Below, one piece after another: positions 35,650-50,452 of a stretch of DNA of 64,000 nucleotides; positions within the stretch are counted from its first letter, which is position 1, and each line of letters opens with the position of its first letter. The stretch is from Nemertoderma westbladi. Taxonomy: Eukaryota; Animalia; Xenacoelomorpha. Location of the stretch: the NCBI GenBank assembly GCA_032718475.1, contig JAUCBJ010005855.1, positions 4,827-68,826 on the forward strand. Direction: 5' to 3'. The position numbers and the translations under genes are program-made. The notes under the pieces are model-generated. The model was not told the origin of the DNA and did not search any database. It was given only the letters and a program-made list of their open reading frames with translations.

Positions 35650-36677
35650 TATGAGTTCGAGTAGATGAGTTTATATACGGGGTAGGTGAGCGTCATCGCC
35701 CCAAAAGCGCCGAGACACGCCGCGGCGCAGTCCCTGGTCAATCCCTTATGGCGAGAATCGAGTTTGCAACTACCAGCGGTACCGAAATATCGTGGCTAAA
35801 TGCTAAACTCTTTTAAAGCCAGGGATACGGGGGACTGGCCCGGAGCCATCACTGATCTACTGCGACTATAGTATCTATGGATGGTTGGACAATTGTGTAT
35901 ACCGTAAATCTCACACTATTTATGGGTCTTTCACTCTATTTAGCTTAATTTGGTGCTTATATGTGCACTTTTGGCTAACATTCGTTCAAAATAGGGTTCA
36001 GAAACGCTTAACTTTAAACATTTACCAGAATGTCACTGTTTTATGTATGATAACAATATTACCTCTCCCATACAAGCTGTGTTAAGCAATTGCATTTACA
36101 GTTGTACGAGTTCTAACTATGTTTCCTGGGAAACATGTTGTTTTATTGTTATTTAATTAATTGTTCCGTGACATATTGATAAATAGAAATTAGAATGCTC
36201 ACCTCTCACACTTATTTCACATTAGTAACTACAGTAATAGTTATTTGGGCATTTATGGCGATATTAAATTTAATTGTTATTATTAATTATTATTTATTTG
36301 AATTTAATTTCGTAAAATTTTTTGAAAAAATGCATATTTCTATGCCTGTAACGTCGCACAATTCGCTTCCACGATTGAGTATTGTCGTTAGTAATTAGTC
36401 ACTTATTTTGAATTATTTAAGTTTTAAGTCAAATAATTTACTGTTAAATTAAATTGTTGCACATGCAGCTGTTCATATACAACGTACAATTAACAGAAGT
36501 AGGTTTTGTTGCTACCGTGCACTGTAGTCTAATACTAATACCCACATTATACCAAGTGGTTGATAATAATTACACACTCAATCATAACCTACTACAAGAC
36601 GTTACTCAAGCTTGTATGTTAGACTGCTTGGTCTAACTCTCTGTTGCGCGTAGTTACCAGAACGTTCCCTTGCCAGT

Positions 36678-39600
36678 TATAATAAACAAAGGCGTCTGAT
36701 GGGTCAGTTGAAATAGTGTACCTTTGGTTTAGGTGTAGCTCTCCAAATAGCTAGTTCAACTGAGCGTACCAAACCATCATTCCCTTGATGATTTTCTGTT
36801 ATCAGGCCTGTTTCCCAGTTTTTTCTAGGTTGGTCTTGATCCACTAAGAAAACAATATCGCTGACTGACACATTTTCCTTCTTAGAAAATCATTTGGTTC
36901 TGAGCTGGACCGATGGTAAGTAGTGTCTTTCAAAATGTGTAGCAAATCGACGAGATAATAATTGCATCATTTGCCAGGTGCGTCTCAGCAGCTCATCACC
37001 GTCCTGTGGTGTGGATTTCGGTAACATCGTTAATGGTTTTCTCAGCATAAAATGGGATGGTGTTAGTGGCTCCATGGCTTGTGGATTAGATGAAACAGGT
37101 AAGAGGGGCCTATCATTTAAATAAATCGCTATTTCCTCTAAGAGAGTTCGGAGTAGCTCATTGGTTAGATAGGCTTTACATGGAATGATATGGTGGAACG
37201 CGATCTTCGTGCTCTTAATTAGTCGTTCCCAACTTCCACCCCACCAAGGCGCATCGGCTGCATTAAACGTCCATGTTGATGCCGATACCCTTAGGTGTTC
37301 TTCTAGGGCTAGCTGGTGATCGTTCCAATCGGCTATGAATTTAGTGATTTCCTTGTTGGTGCCCATAAAATTCGTTTCCTGGTCGGATCTCATAGTGCGG
37401 CTGGTACCAGTCGACCGATTTGTCTTCTCAGGCAAAGGATAAAACTTTTCATTGACATATCGTTAACCATATCCAAGTAAATGGCTCGAAAAGTCATGCA
37501 AACAAAGATGACACGCCATCTTTTCACCATTGTACGGGCGCGCTTGACTTCGATGGTTCTGAAGAGATCTACGCCGGTGTGGGTGAACGGGGGTTGGTAA
37601 CATTTGACTCTTTCCCTAGGGAGCGCCGCTTCTAGTTGAGTCATCAGCTTGCTATAAATCCTTTTGCAAGGTATACAGTTTCGTAATATTTGGTTGAGAG
37701 CTGCGCGGGTGTGTACCAGGTAGTATCGCGTTCTGATCTCGCTTAATATGTTCCCTCCCGGCGTGATAGAGACGGTAGTGAACATCCTGTATCAACTTGA
37801 TTTGAATTTCCGGGTCGAATATTAGTATGGGAAACATAGTATCTCTAGAGATCGGAGCGTTAGTAAGGCGACCTCCAACTCGAATAAAACCATTGATCAT
37901 TATACTGGAGAATTTGTCTGCTAATGGAGTTAGGGGGTCAACACTGAGCTGGTTATATTTCTCAGGCTTCTCCAGTCTTTGTGAAACTCTTAATAAGTGA
38001 AAATTTGATTTATCTACTTCATTAGCAGTTAAGCCTATCATAGGTATGGTCTTAGCTCTGTATCTATAGTGGAAGAGTTGTTTCAGTATGGTTACAGCCC
38101 TACGCATTTTATTCCACGAGCTATAATGGTTCATGGCTCGACATATTAGCAGGGATAAGCCCATGTCCACATTTGGTAACAGTAGTTGGTCAGTGGATTT
38201 TTCAGGGTCATTAACGGCAGTTTTGGGCTGGAAATCAATATTCGGGGGAAGGTTTGGAATTTGACTACCAGTTTTGTTTACATAGTTGTTGGTTGCTATG
38301 TCAACAGGCTTAAAAAGCTTTGACTTAGAGGGCCTGGTTTTTGGCTTAACTATTTCTAGACCCTTGACTTGCCTCATTTCCTCCGGGGTAATATGAGGAG
38401 TCCATTGGTCTTTCGGTTTGGAAAGGAAATCGGGCTCATTCAACCAACATGTTGAATTTAAAAGGTCAGTAGGTGTCGCACCACGGGAGGGTATGTCAGC
38501 CGGGTTTTGAGGTCCGGGGATGTACCTCCATTGGTCTAACTTGGTGCGGTTGAGTATTATTGATACTCGGTTTGTAATGTATACGCTAAAACCGCAGACG
38601 GTGTCAAATATTCCCACACTATGGCTGCGTCTGTCCATAAAACGGTTCTAGATATTACAAAGACGGTCTCGTCCAGGATATTTTTGGCAACAGTAGTTGC
38701 AAACAGTGCGGCCTTTAGTTCATCTCTCGTCACTGTTAAATCTTTGCTTTTTATCAAAGATTTGGACGCGGCTAGGGACACCCGAGTATCTTGTGGTGTA
38801 GTGACCCTATAATAGGCTATGATACCAATGCCCTTGTCACTAGCGTCCCCGAACATGTGTAATTGGTACATGTGCGATGGCAGAGCATTAGGGAAATAAG
38901 CTCTGGGTACCCGGAAGTTTTCAATGTTGGGTAGGGCATATTCCCACTTGAGCCAGTTATCTAGCAGATCTCCTGCTAGAGGTTCATCCCACGTGAGATT
39001 GTGGTCCCACATAGATTTAACTATCTGCCTAGCTTTCACAATGACAGGAATTATAAAGCCTATAGGGTCAAACAGAGTACTCAATATATTGAGGCAAATA
39101 CGTTTGGTACTTATGCCTGGAGGTCTAGTTTGAACTTTAAAGAACATTTCATCCCGTTGTGTGTCCCATGAAAACAAATAAGTTGGTGCCAGTTCCCAAG
39201 AAGGGCAACCTAACACTCTATGGTTCTTTTCGGGGAATCTCATTGATCTCGATTGCTGCAAAACTATACAATAGAATTCTATTAAATCGCATCAGGGATC
39301 CCATTGAGAGACTGCTACGTGGAAATCAGAATGGGTTCCGTAAAGGTCGTGGGACCATGGAGCCCATTTTGGCACTTAGAAGGATAATTGAAGAGTTATC
39401 AAAAAAGAAAGACAGGCATCTGGCTGTTATCTTTGTTGACTTCTTCAAGGCCTTTGATTCAGTCTCTCGCTCACGTATGTTCAGCATACTTTCATTATAT
39501 GGGATTCCTGATGAAATTATTGCAGCAATCAGATCAGTATACGATGGTTCGACAACATTTGTGTCTACTGTTGATGGTGACACAGAACCATTTGAAGTGT

Positions 39601-42600
39601 TATGGGGCGTCCTCCAAGGAGACACACTTGCACCATTCTTGTTCATTATTGTGGTTGACTATGTTCTACGCATGTCCTTAGATCATCATAATGATGATGG
39701 GGTGATGATAACTCCACCTACTGGCTCCAGAAGTCGAGGAAATCCTGCCAAGTACCTAACTGATCTAGACTTTGCTGATGACTTAGGAGTACTCTCAGAA
39801 TCATTAGAGGGAGCCCAGCGGCTCCTCAGCTCATTAGAACATGCTGCTTCTAGTGTTGGTCTTTTTATTAACTCCAGAAAGACCAAAATTCTGACAGTTA
39901 ACTTTGAAAGTCCTCAGCAAGTCTCTGATCGGATGAGCATAAGCTCAAAGGATGGTATGCTTGAGCATGTGGACGACTTCTGTTACCTGGGATCATGGAT
40001 CCGGAAGTCAGGTGAGGACCTTCGAATACGTAAGGGAAAGGCATGGGCAGCCTTGAATAGGCTTTCCAGGATTTGGAAGTCACCTAGAATTAATCGGAAA
40101 CTTAAGGTCCGATTATTTAGAGCAGCAGTAGTTCCAGTACTCCTCTACGGGAGTCCATGCTGGGCTCTAACTGCTGAGGACACCAAATCTCTGGATGGCA
40201 CATTCACAAGAATGCTACGCCGGGTACATTGTGTCAAGTACAATGCACACATCTCCAACCAGACACTATATAACATTGGAGGTGTCTCATTGGTTCCCCC
40301 AAGCTTGACACTAGAACAAAATCGCCTCCGCTTTGCAGGACATTGCTTTCGCCGTGAGGACCAGCCAGTGCATAATCTTGTACTTTGGCAGCCTCATGGA
40401 GTGAATAAGCATGGTGGACAGCCCATGACTTTCTTGAGACGCATCTTAAAGGACACTGGCCTTAAAGATGCGGATGATCTAGCAAATGTCATGGGTGATA
40501 GGGAGTTGTGGCGGTGCAATTTTGTTGATAAGCCGGCACAGCATTCTTAAAAATGCAGCTGCAATGCAGCATGCCGATGCTAGTAGTAGTAGTGTCCCAT
40601 CTAAGGCCAAGAGTCTTGGTTGCTGGCAAGTCGTCAGTGCTATGGTCTAAGTCGTGGCTGCCTCTTTCCGCTTTGGGAATGGTGGACAGGAATTCCCGGG
40701 AGTTACTGGTGAACTTAGTTTGGCGGAAGCCACCTTTCTTCAGACAATCAACTGTTCCCTTAGCAACGGACACAGCTTCCTGTACAGTGGGCACGGAATG
40801 TAAATTATCGTCCATATAGATGTTTTGTTTAATGTTTTTGATTACTCCAGATTCATATAAATGTCTATTGTCTTCTGCCGTGCGAGAAACAATATGGCAG
40901 GCATTCGAAGGACTGGATATTAGCCCAAAGGCCTGTATATTCATCCAATACTCCTGAGGTGTTTTACTGGTATCTCCTCCAGGCCACCAGAGGAAACGTA
41001 AGCTGTCCTGATCCTCCTGTGTGACCTTGACTTGCAGGAACATTCCCTCAATATCAGGGGCAAAGGCAACATCGAATTGTTGTAAACGGATCAGTATTCC
41101 TGGAAGTGAACGCAGTAGATTGGGGCCGGCTAGTAATTGAGAGTTCAGCGATTGCCCCTTGTACAGAGCTGATCCGTCAAAAACTACTCGGACCTTGTCT
41201 GGTTTATCAGGTCTTTTCACGTAATGATGAGTGACATAATACGTGCGATCAGTATGGGGAGTATCAGGTGGCACCTCAGTAGCATATCCTTCACTGATGG
41301 TTTTTGACATTTGTTCATTATACATCCTTAAAGCGTTGGGATCACCGTTTAAACGTCTCTTAAGTTGACTTAAACGTTTCTCGGCCAAGACGCGGTTGTT
41401 CATTAACTTCACCGAGCCCTGTTTCATATCTACCTTCTACAGGGATTTAATGGGTGGTGGCATTTTTGATCTGTATGGCTCGTTCTTCTTCGATGGATAG
41501 GGCTCTATCGTGAGAATTTTCTTCCATCTTTTGTTGATCCACCCAATTAGATATTTTTTATGTTAAAGCGGCGTTAGAGATATTTTTTTGCAATAAAATA
41601 TCCCTATCCTCCTCGGTGTCTGTATAGTAGTTAGTTAATGGGGTCAATTCTGTTAGTAAACAGCGGGTGTAATCTCTGTATTCTAGCATTGTAATCGCTT
41701 CGTCTGTATTGAAGCGAGAGGTCGGTAGATCGTTATCGCTGGAGTCACTTGTATGGTCCGGAAATTTTGAAAATTTTGTATTTATTCCAAAATCGGATCC
41801 TCCCTCCACGAATCTATCTGCTTCCATGATCCTGACGGGTTGTTGTGAACAGATGTAGTTAATAGAAAGGTCTTCAGAGTAAATATTATTAGTTAAAGTT
41901 TCATCATTGGTTGTTCTTTCATTTAAAGTCTTAATAGAAGGACCGGTACAGAACCATCCTATCCGCATTCTACCAGCGTATGTGGTCAATGGTGGAGGGG
42001 AACTGGGGAACTTTTCCAGAATTTCCATAGCCTCTGGTGCGTTCTGGCCGATCAATAATTGGACTCCTTGGCGGTCAAGTTTGTATCTCGGTATGTTGTT
42101 GTTTTTACAAAGTCGTTGCTGTCCCAATTGCTGCCCCAATCGCTGTCGTTGCTGGTGCCTGGCTTTTGCAAAATTCTTTATGGCTACCATTTTAAAGTTA
42201 TCTAGTTTACCCACATTATAGATGTCTATTGGGTCAGACAGTGAAACCTTGTAATAACGAGTTTGAATAACCGATTGCCAAATTTGCATTACGCCCAAAA
42301 GATTTAATTTCATAGGGTGTCCATCGTTCTCGTCAAATAGTTCGATGGCAAGATCTTGGTCTATAAATTATCCTGAACTACCAGTGTCAAGTAAGGCGTT
42401 TACTATGATGTTGCAGTTGTTATAATGTAATCTTACTTGCAGAACGGGGAATTTGCGAACACCAATCGATTTTGGGCCGGATGTTTGCTGTGATATTTGT
42501 TCATCTGATGTTTGTTCTGGAGTGGTTGGCGACTCATAGGTGATGGCTTCATACACCATTACATGGTTGCAACTTTCATTATCGGTCGCAAAATCATCTG

Positions 42601-43682
42601 TGTCGAATTCTTGTTCCGAATATCCAGAAGAATCGTAGGGTGAATAATCAGTGAACTGAACTTTTGCTTCCATATGCGGCACCATGTCTTTCTGATGTAA
42701 GATATAATGATGGTTGCCATTACATTTAATGCATTTATAAGTATCCTTTAGATAGCACCTGTTTCTGCTATGTCCGGGACACAAACATAGGAAACATACT
42801 CTGAGTAAACCAGCCGTTTCTCTTCGTTTCTCGAGTTTTAACTTGATGAACTCAGGACATTGTGATAATCTATGGGACTCTTTACTACATAATGAACAGC
42901 CAGCATAAGTTACTGTCTTAATAATTGGTTTAAAAGATTTTACCTCAGTATGCGTTGCGTTTTGGGTTTTAAGAGTTCAAATCGGGGTACGGTCACGTGA
43001 GGGTCTATCTGATTGACCTTTGCGTCTAGGAGATGGAGATCTAGGGTCCATTCGCTGTTGCGTCGTACGTTTAGTATTATCCGATATATTATAGGAACTC
43101 TCATTTTCCTCTGATTCTTCTTCGCATGTGGACAAATCCGTTTGATAGACTCGCTCCCGACGTTTAGTTGTAGGATTTTTGTTGACTTTTGGGTCTGTGT
43201 TGCGTTCACGGCGTTGAGTAATCATAAGTAACGAGGATTCGTAATCGAGGTATTTTAAGAAGTCCTTCATGCCCAGAGCTGGTTTGTTATTAAGTTGCGC
43301 ATTCAATACGTTACGATCCCATTGTGTGGATACACTGCCTTTAGGAAGAGATGTAGAAATCATACCAACAACGACCGGGGTATCATAATATTCGTGTTTA
43401 TCCAGCCAATCAAGTTGTCTGCAGATTTCTTTAATCTCGTCCACAAATTCAATCATTTCAGTACTTATCACACGATTGCGATTAACCAACTTTCGATACA
43501 GATATTGCGCTACAGATGCCTCATCTCCGTATCTCTCATGCAACAGTTTCCATAATTCTTCTAATCCTTGTGGATGTCCGATATATCTTTGCGCTAATTT
43601 CTTTGGACAGCCTTCTAAACAATCAATGAGGAAGCGTAGTTTCTCACTATTTGGTAATGGAGAACTAAATATACTATCCTAA
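36678..43682 (-). pseudogene. pol: gag-pol of element 2 (multiple frameshifts and stops, LINE insertion in RT)
   Basis: ORF pieces 42977-43543, 42368-42784, 41558-42313, 40489-41427, 38557-39261, 37652-38638, 37390-37785, 36890-37435. Confidence 0.9.
39170..40591 (+). mobile_element. 5'-truncated RTE-like LINE with uninterrupted RT ORF (to 40550), (TAG)n tail and TSD
   Basis: PVPKKG, FRGISL, QNGFRKGR, FVDFFKAFDSV, GVLQGDTLAPFLF, LDFADD, YLGS; TSD gtgtcccat at 39161-39169 and 40592-40600. Confidence 0.92.
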
Positions 43683-45063
43683 CTACTAATATTCTCAATC
43701 AAATTTCTCAAATCTCAAATCAATTTCCATCAAATTTAATAATTTCACCAACTTTAACAGCTTGATGCGCTTCAGTATGCGCTAATTGGCGGTTAATGCT
43801 ATCTTGAACTATAGTACTATTAAACATTGAGTTAAAATAATTTTTTCAGTCTAAATGGATTGTAAATAACAAAGTTGGAATACTGAGCAATGACTCAACG
43901 TACCCGTAAAGATTGAGCCTTTGCTGTAATAGACACCTGTCAGGTTTCAGCTCAAAACGATTAAAAACAACCAAATGAGTTCAGGTTTTCTGTATCAGAT
44001 AATTAGCCCTCTAGCGGCAGATGGGGGAACTTCAGATGGCTCTTAGTATTACGTTGCAACGAGTTACGGCAAGACCTTTCTAACAAGCTATAGTAATCAA
44101 GATTTCATGGAGATGTGTTTGATTGTATAGCCGATGGAGACAGGGGGGGGGGACTGGACGCAAATCTCATCTTGTCGAATTAATATCCCGCCTCAATGTT
44201 AAATTCTCAATTTAGGGAGAGAAGCAGGTTACAGTGGCATGTTATTTTAACCAAAACAATAAACTAAAACAATAGAACAGGTTACAGTTTTATTTTTGAG
44301 AGTAATCAGCTGTTATTTGCGTCGAATTTCCACTGGAGAGGGATTAATTTTTATTGAGTCGAAAGTCACCCCTATCTGAGCCGATGACAAAGTCACACAG
44401 ACAATAATAATAATACAGAAATAATAATACAGTAAGTGGGCCTACAGAAATAATCACTTTTAATATTCAGAACAGTAAAACAATAAAAAAACTAAAATGG
44501 TATAAACCTCTCCTTCCATGCAGCCATTGAGAAAGCAGAATTAGTCATGGACAGTTCGCAACAGATAACCCATCCCAATCAACACTCCAGCCTGGCTTGC
44601 TACTTATCTGTGTCCAGCTAGCTTCGAGTTCATCCTGTGTAGCGAATACTTACATACTTTTTTACATCTATTTTATACACCATTTCATTTTTAATCAATA
44701 AATAATCATACATATTTATATTAAACCATCGAATAAAATATAAATTTGTGAGAATGGGAAACGGCAAATCTACTCATGTTAATTTTATACCAGATGGGAT
44801 AAATGTTACCCTTCTAAATAATTAATTACCGATAGAAGAACCGAAATAATTCGATAAATTTCGCCCGATCGAACACAAAATACGCATTCCCGCGAATAAA
44901 CGTGGAAAAATAAAACCCGGAAACAGTGACAGCTGTCTGCATCGTGTTACGCATCGAATGAGCAACAAAGCAAGGAATGAGAGCGAAATCTGATGACTGT
45001 ATCGATGGACATACAGTACATACATACATACATATTATATACATACAAACTGAGCAGATTTAT

Positions 45064-45374
45064 TTTGAGATCCTCTACGGTAAGGGCTATCCTATGGCCT
45101 ACAAATCTACTAGTACGAAGCTATAGAATATCTCTAACCGTAAAGTCCAGTAGTATACCGCTTACCAGATCCTAGTAACGATGTATCTTACTGTAAGACT
45201 CTAGTAATGAAACGGGCTCGTACAGTATCTGACAACAAATCCCAGTCCAGGGTATCTAAACAAACAGATACAATACACAAACGACTACTGGCGAGGAGCA
45301 GAGCCTAGTGTCTATTCTATGTACGTGAGCGGGTCTAATGCCTACGAAACTAGACAAAAGGAAACCTATCCTCT
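45064..45374 (-). repeat. Fragment homologous to element 1 leader (~13078-13320), copy 1
   Basis: Reverse complement matches gacccgctcacgtacatagaatag...ggtaagcggtatactactggac. Confidence 0.85.
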
Positions 45375-45569
45375 ATTTATTATTATATTGTCCGTTATTA
45401 TTTATATTATTTTGATCATTCGTCGTACCGACATTTCCATTATTATTATTTGTTAAAACATTATTTCCTATAAGAAATGTGTCATTATTATTAAGGTTAT
45501 CCACTACGGTATTATTAATATTAACGTTCCCATTAAACGTATTGTCATTTTACATATATTTGTCATTTA

Positions 45570-46125
45570 CACTCTCTCGCTAGCTCCCTTTCCCTTTCTA
45601 ATAGCGCAGTCCCCTCATCCAGCTATCTCTCTAATTCCTTTTCAGTCTAATGCGACCATGTCTAGCTGACATGGCAGATCTATCTCTAACACCCTTCTTG
45701 CTTTTGCGGAGGATGTAGCGGACTTTTTGGTTGTGACAGACTCCTGTCGCCTGTTCATTCTACTAATTTTGCCATGGTTGCTAGCATTTTTACTAACTGA
45801 CGACACGTCGTGCGGATCCACCCATCCTACAAACTTAATACCCCACGCATCCACTAGATAAGGCCCTAAGTACACTACACCAGGTGGCATTATCTCGGAT
45901 CGCCACAACAGTTCTGTGGCAACCCCCCTCGCCCTCTCACTCGCCAGTTCCCCCTGCCCAAATCGGACTAGGTAGTGGAAATGTTTATTACACTCACTGA
46001 GTCTCCGGTACAACATGGGCTGGTCTACCTTTCCTCCAGTCTTAGCATCTTTGAGTATCTTTCTCGTCACGTTGTATTCATGTCGTAGGCAATTGCTCGT
46101 CCCGACATCTTCCTCCTGAACTTGG
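45570..46125 (-). pseudogene. Decayed ORF of unknown family, copy B
   Basis: ORF 45642-46070 aligns with 1219-1896 at the protein level; downstream DNA ggttatc..ctacggta.tattaata is also shared. Confidence 0.6.
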
Positions 46126-46321
46126 GCTTATGATGGTGTTGTACCATCGGCCCCACCGTTGACGTTACGGTGGATAGTACGCGGTTTTGGATAGTACGCG
46201 TCGCCGTGTGCGCTGGCTGCTGAAAGGCTTGTGATATCTGAAAGTCCGGAGGCCGATAGAATAACTGAGTTTTAGTGGCAGTTGCTCGTAATGTCAGAAT
46301 GCAATAATAGCACAATCAGTA

Positions 46322-46598
46322 TTTGAGATCCTCTACGGTAAGGGCTATCCTATGGCCTACAAATCTACTAGTACGAAGCTATAGAATATCTCTAACCATA
46401 AAGTCCAGTAGTATACCGCTTACCAGATCCTAGTAACGATGTATCTTACCGTAAGATCTAGTAATGAAACGAGCTCGTACAGTATCTGACAACAAATCCC
46501 AGTCCAGGGTATCTAAACAAACAGATACAATACACAAACGACTACTGGCGAGGAGCAGAGCCTAGTGTCTATTCTATGTACGTGAGCGGGTCTAATGT
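46322..46598 (-). repeat. Leader-derived fragment, copy 2 (direct repeat of 45064-45339)
   Basis: tttgagatcctctacggtaagggc...gagcgggtctaatg near-identical. Confidence 0.88.
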
Positions 46599-46605
46599 TC
46601 GTTAA

Positions 46606-48897
46606 AAGTTTGTGTAAACCTTTAAGTTTATCTACGGAGGCATGAACCCTACTTTCTATCCTTACCTGTAAGGTGTAGAACTCGTATCTCAATATCGTGG
46701 CGGTTAACTCGCGTAAAACGCGAAAACCTTCTCCGAGGTTTCGAGTAATCTGGGCCATGTGTCCTCCTATACTTCTAATGACATTTTCTTGGCTTCCCGC
46801 CAAGCTTACCATGTCTGGTTCCTGTGACCTGGTCTGCGGGACTGTAAGGAAATCCTCGATTCTGCCGTCGCCACACATTGCGGCTTCCAGTATTTCCGTT
46901 CGGGGTACCGGCGACGCACGCGGTGTGACATCGGTGGAATCTCGGGTTCTCCTTCTCGGTCCGTCTACTGTCGATCTGTCCGGGTCGCACGAGTCATAGT
47001 CGGTAGGGGGGTATCGAGTCGAATGTGGTGTGTCACTCATGTCTTATTATATACGTCAAGTACGGGTAATAAAATGTCAAAGTATCGGAATGTCGAAATG
47101 TCAAACTTACCTTGGTATATATATAGCATATATATACCCTAACCGGTACAAATAAATCAAAGTCAGAATGTCGAAATGTCAAAATGTCCAAATGTCAAAC
47201 TTACCTTGATATATATATATATCATATATATACCCTAACCGGTACAAATAAAACTAACAAAGTATATAATAAAATATGTAATAATCTAGCCTACCGGCTA
47301 AATTTGTAGAAATAAGTGAGATAACGGTATACGTTACCAAAATGTAGATCAACAAGTACAAATAATAGGCAAAACAGCAACGTCTACGGAAAAATAAGTA
47401 CCAACAACACTAATAATTAGACAGTGACACCCACAAATTTTGAGTACTACTGTGCTTTTAAGTTTGAACGACATGAGTCGTAAAGCTTACGCTCCTTTGA
47501 TCTTCCAGTCGTGCAAATTCCCAAATACAAACCGGACGTGGGTCGTTCGATTTTTTGGCGTTGCGGACGAATTTTGTGTCTCCCAAACTTTGCGAAAAGC
47601 GGTCTAATCTACAAAGCGGTCCAGAAATGAGTTCTTGAGTCCTGAAAAGTCGAAGGTGATAGTTTTACTTCTACTCTACGAAAAATCTTCCTAGGTACCG
47701 ATACAACTTGCTCTTTAAACCCTATGTAACTTTTCAAGTACCGAAAGTAACACCGCACACACACGGAGTAAAACAAATTGCTACAAACTAACTATTAGCT
47801 AGTCAAATATTAAATACGAAACTACTAGCTACCCTAAAGCCTACTGAAGCAGGGGACGTTCTACAAATTACTAATTTTACTAACCTTAAATTGTAAATAT
47901 CTCCTACTTTTACAATAGCTAACAATATATAGTTATATATCTCACTTTTGGGATATATTTACCATTTGCAAATCGCAACTTGCAAATTTAGCAATATATA
48001 TACCTCACTTTTGGGATATATTTACCATTTGCAAATTGCAACCTGCAAATTTAGCAATAAATATACCTAAATACTGTAACTTGCCGCGGTGTGATTTATA
48101 TGGTTTATATACGAGCTAGTGGGTTAACAGACCTAGCGTAACAATACTGATTTTCTGTACAAAATCAGTCTAAAGAGGGTCGTGCCTAATGTAACAATAC
48201 TGCTGCTCAGACAAACAACAGTTTAATAACGAAATAAATACTCCTTCTTGCCGTAACTAAATATCAGATCCTAAATTTACAAATACCAACAGTAAGATAT
48301 ATATATTCTGCCTAAAGTAATCTAAAGTGCGCTATCTAGTAGAACTCTAAGGGTAAATATGTTTTAGGGCATGTGTGTGTGGGTGTGTTACAATAAAACA
48401 ATTTTGGTGTATATCATTTTACTAGGTTTTAGTGATTTTCTGACCAAAATAATACCGTGCGCTAGCTACGAAAATAAGCTAGTCGCGTTTTGTAGAACTT
48501 TATACTTACAAATGCCATCAAAGCTCTCTCCTTCCTATCCACAACTCAACCGGGCAACCATGGTGTTAGTAACTACACCCGTGATCGGCACAAATACCAG
48601 ATTCTGGTTGTAAGATAAGAAATAGGGGTTAATTGCCACCGTACGTTAGCTGATCTGGTATACAAATTTTATTCTAGAACTTTGTTGCCGCGGTGGTTAG
48701 CAGCAATACCTATCAGTACGTGGCAAGGCGCGGTAGGATATTAATAAACCTCCCTAGGCCAAGCGGAGTGCCGGTAGCAGAAATACTCCTTGCCTGATCA
48801 AATAACTAAGGTTCAGACAAGGGGGGGGGGGGGTACTAATGTATATTCTACAAAGCGAACCGGTACCAAACGGTCAGTAGTACGAATCACTAAATTA
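46606..48897 (-). mobile_element. Truncated second unit of element 3 (leader + first ~145 gag codons) downstream of its 3' LTR
   Basis: Near-identical to 58496-60796; ORF 46513-47040 starts MSDTPHSTRYPP. Confidence 0.9.
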
Positions 48898-49881
48898 TGG
48901 AACATATGCTGTCCGTACCTAATATGTACTCACGTACTGACAAACGGCAATAGTTTGTAGCTGTGAGGTATACAGGTTAACCCAGGGATTTGTAATACTG
49001 ATGGGGGGGGGGTGGTTATCTGAATCTAACTATTTGATCCTAAATTTTGCGGCATCACAGAACGGCGTCACGCTTAACCTGATCTATAGGTCTTACGTCG
49101 GGGAAGGGCGTCAAACAAAGTCTTATCTTCCTCGGAAATCGGGCGCTGTATGGCAAGGTGGAGTATTTCAAAGGGCGAAGGGGGTGCGCGGTCTAAGCTA
49201 ATGTGGAAGGTAGCGTGTTGTGGACATATTTTCCCTGCGTTGCTGACGGCCTAACGGTCTAGGCGGCCATCTTCCTAATGCTTGGCTGTCCCAAAGGTGG
49301 ACGTTTAGAAATATACATGTTCAGAAGTTTGCAGTATATTTGCAGTTTAGCAAATGATTATCAAACAGATTTATAACAAAACAAATAAAGTAAGCAAGAT
49401 ACAAGTATGACAACTAAAGTATAACGAGAAGTTATACACAAATGATTAGTGTGTGTCATAAGAGTGAAGTGATAACCGAAGGCAAACCAGCCTTTATATA
49501 CTAAATCTGGGACATAGAATCCGCTAGAACCTTCCAGAGCATTCCATGGCCTCACATTGGAGCAATAAGATGTTCTATGCCCTATGATTGGCCCAACTCA
49601 TCGTGTTCCATGTGTTGTACGCACCTCATTGGTTTATCTAATTATACCAAATGAAAATAAATTGCCCAAAAATGCAAATTTCCCGACTGGGATTCGAACT
49701 CGTAACCTATCTGTAATGCAACCAAAGCCTTAACCATCTGACCACTACACCATGAGAGGGTTTTATGTGTACCAATATGAATAGGCATATTACATTACTG
49801 TAATTTAATCAAAATGCGTCGGATTTTAGAAAGTTTTTACGTTAAACTACAAATGCTATCTTATAGTGAAATAATCCATCA
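48898..49881 (-). repeat. 3' (shared) LTR of element 3
   Basis: TGATG...TTCCA on the minus strand; direct repeat of 60797-61787. Confidence 0.9.
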
Positions 49882-50452
49882 CCGCTCCATGAAAACAGTA
49901 ATTAAGACTGTTTTCACCAATCGAAATATAAACTATTTACAAAATATTTCTAGATCTACTGGTGGGGCCTAAAATATAAAATAATCACTACCTAATTATT
50001 GCATACTTAATATTGCAGGTACGGCGTAAATACAATCCCTCATACATACAAAATACAAATTTACCAATTAACTTTACGTTACTTTACTTTACTTTACTTT
50101 AACTCCTAAAATTAAATTTACCAAATTAAATCAGTATTAAATATAGAATAAACATAATACGATAATATCTTTCAAATAAGTCTTAAAGTGTCCTCCTGAC
50201 GAGCTGAAAAGTTCGTCCTGCTGGTCTGGATATCTTCTCCTGAGCACTAATTTCTAACGGTAGGCTCGCAAGCCTTCCTTCTCTATCTCGCTCCTCCAAA
50301 ACCAACGTCGAATATAAATACCCAAATATAAATATCAAATATAAATATACAATATACAATATAAAAATATCCAATATAACATCAAAATATAATATCCGAA
50401 TATAATATCCAATCGGTAGGCTCGCAAGCCTTCCTTCCTTCATCTCGCTCTC

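Larger units (their letters stand above)
30791..43682 (-). mobile_element. Decayed BEL/Pao LTR retrotransposon of a second family (element 2); LTRs not identified
   Basis: Fragmented gag, Zn knuckles, ALLDTGS protease, YYVTHH/AGPNL/RFLW/IYMDD RT, FGDAS/NPADIPSRG RNase H, GVDLF/SDQETNF/GGSWER integrase, then accessory ORF. Confidence 0.9.
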
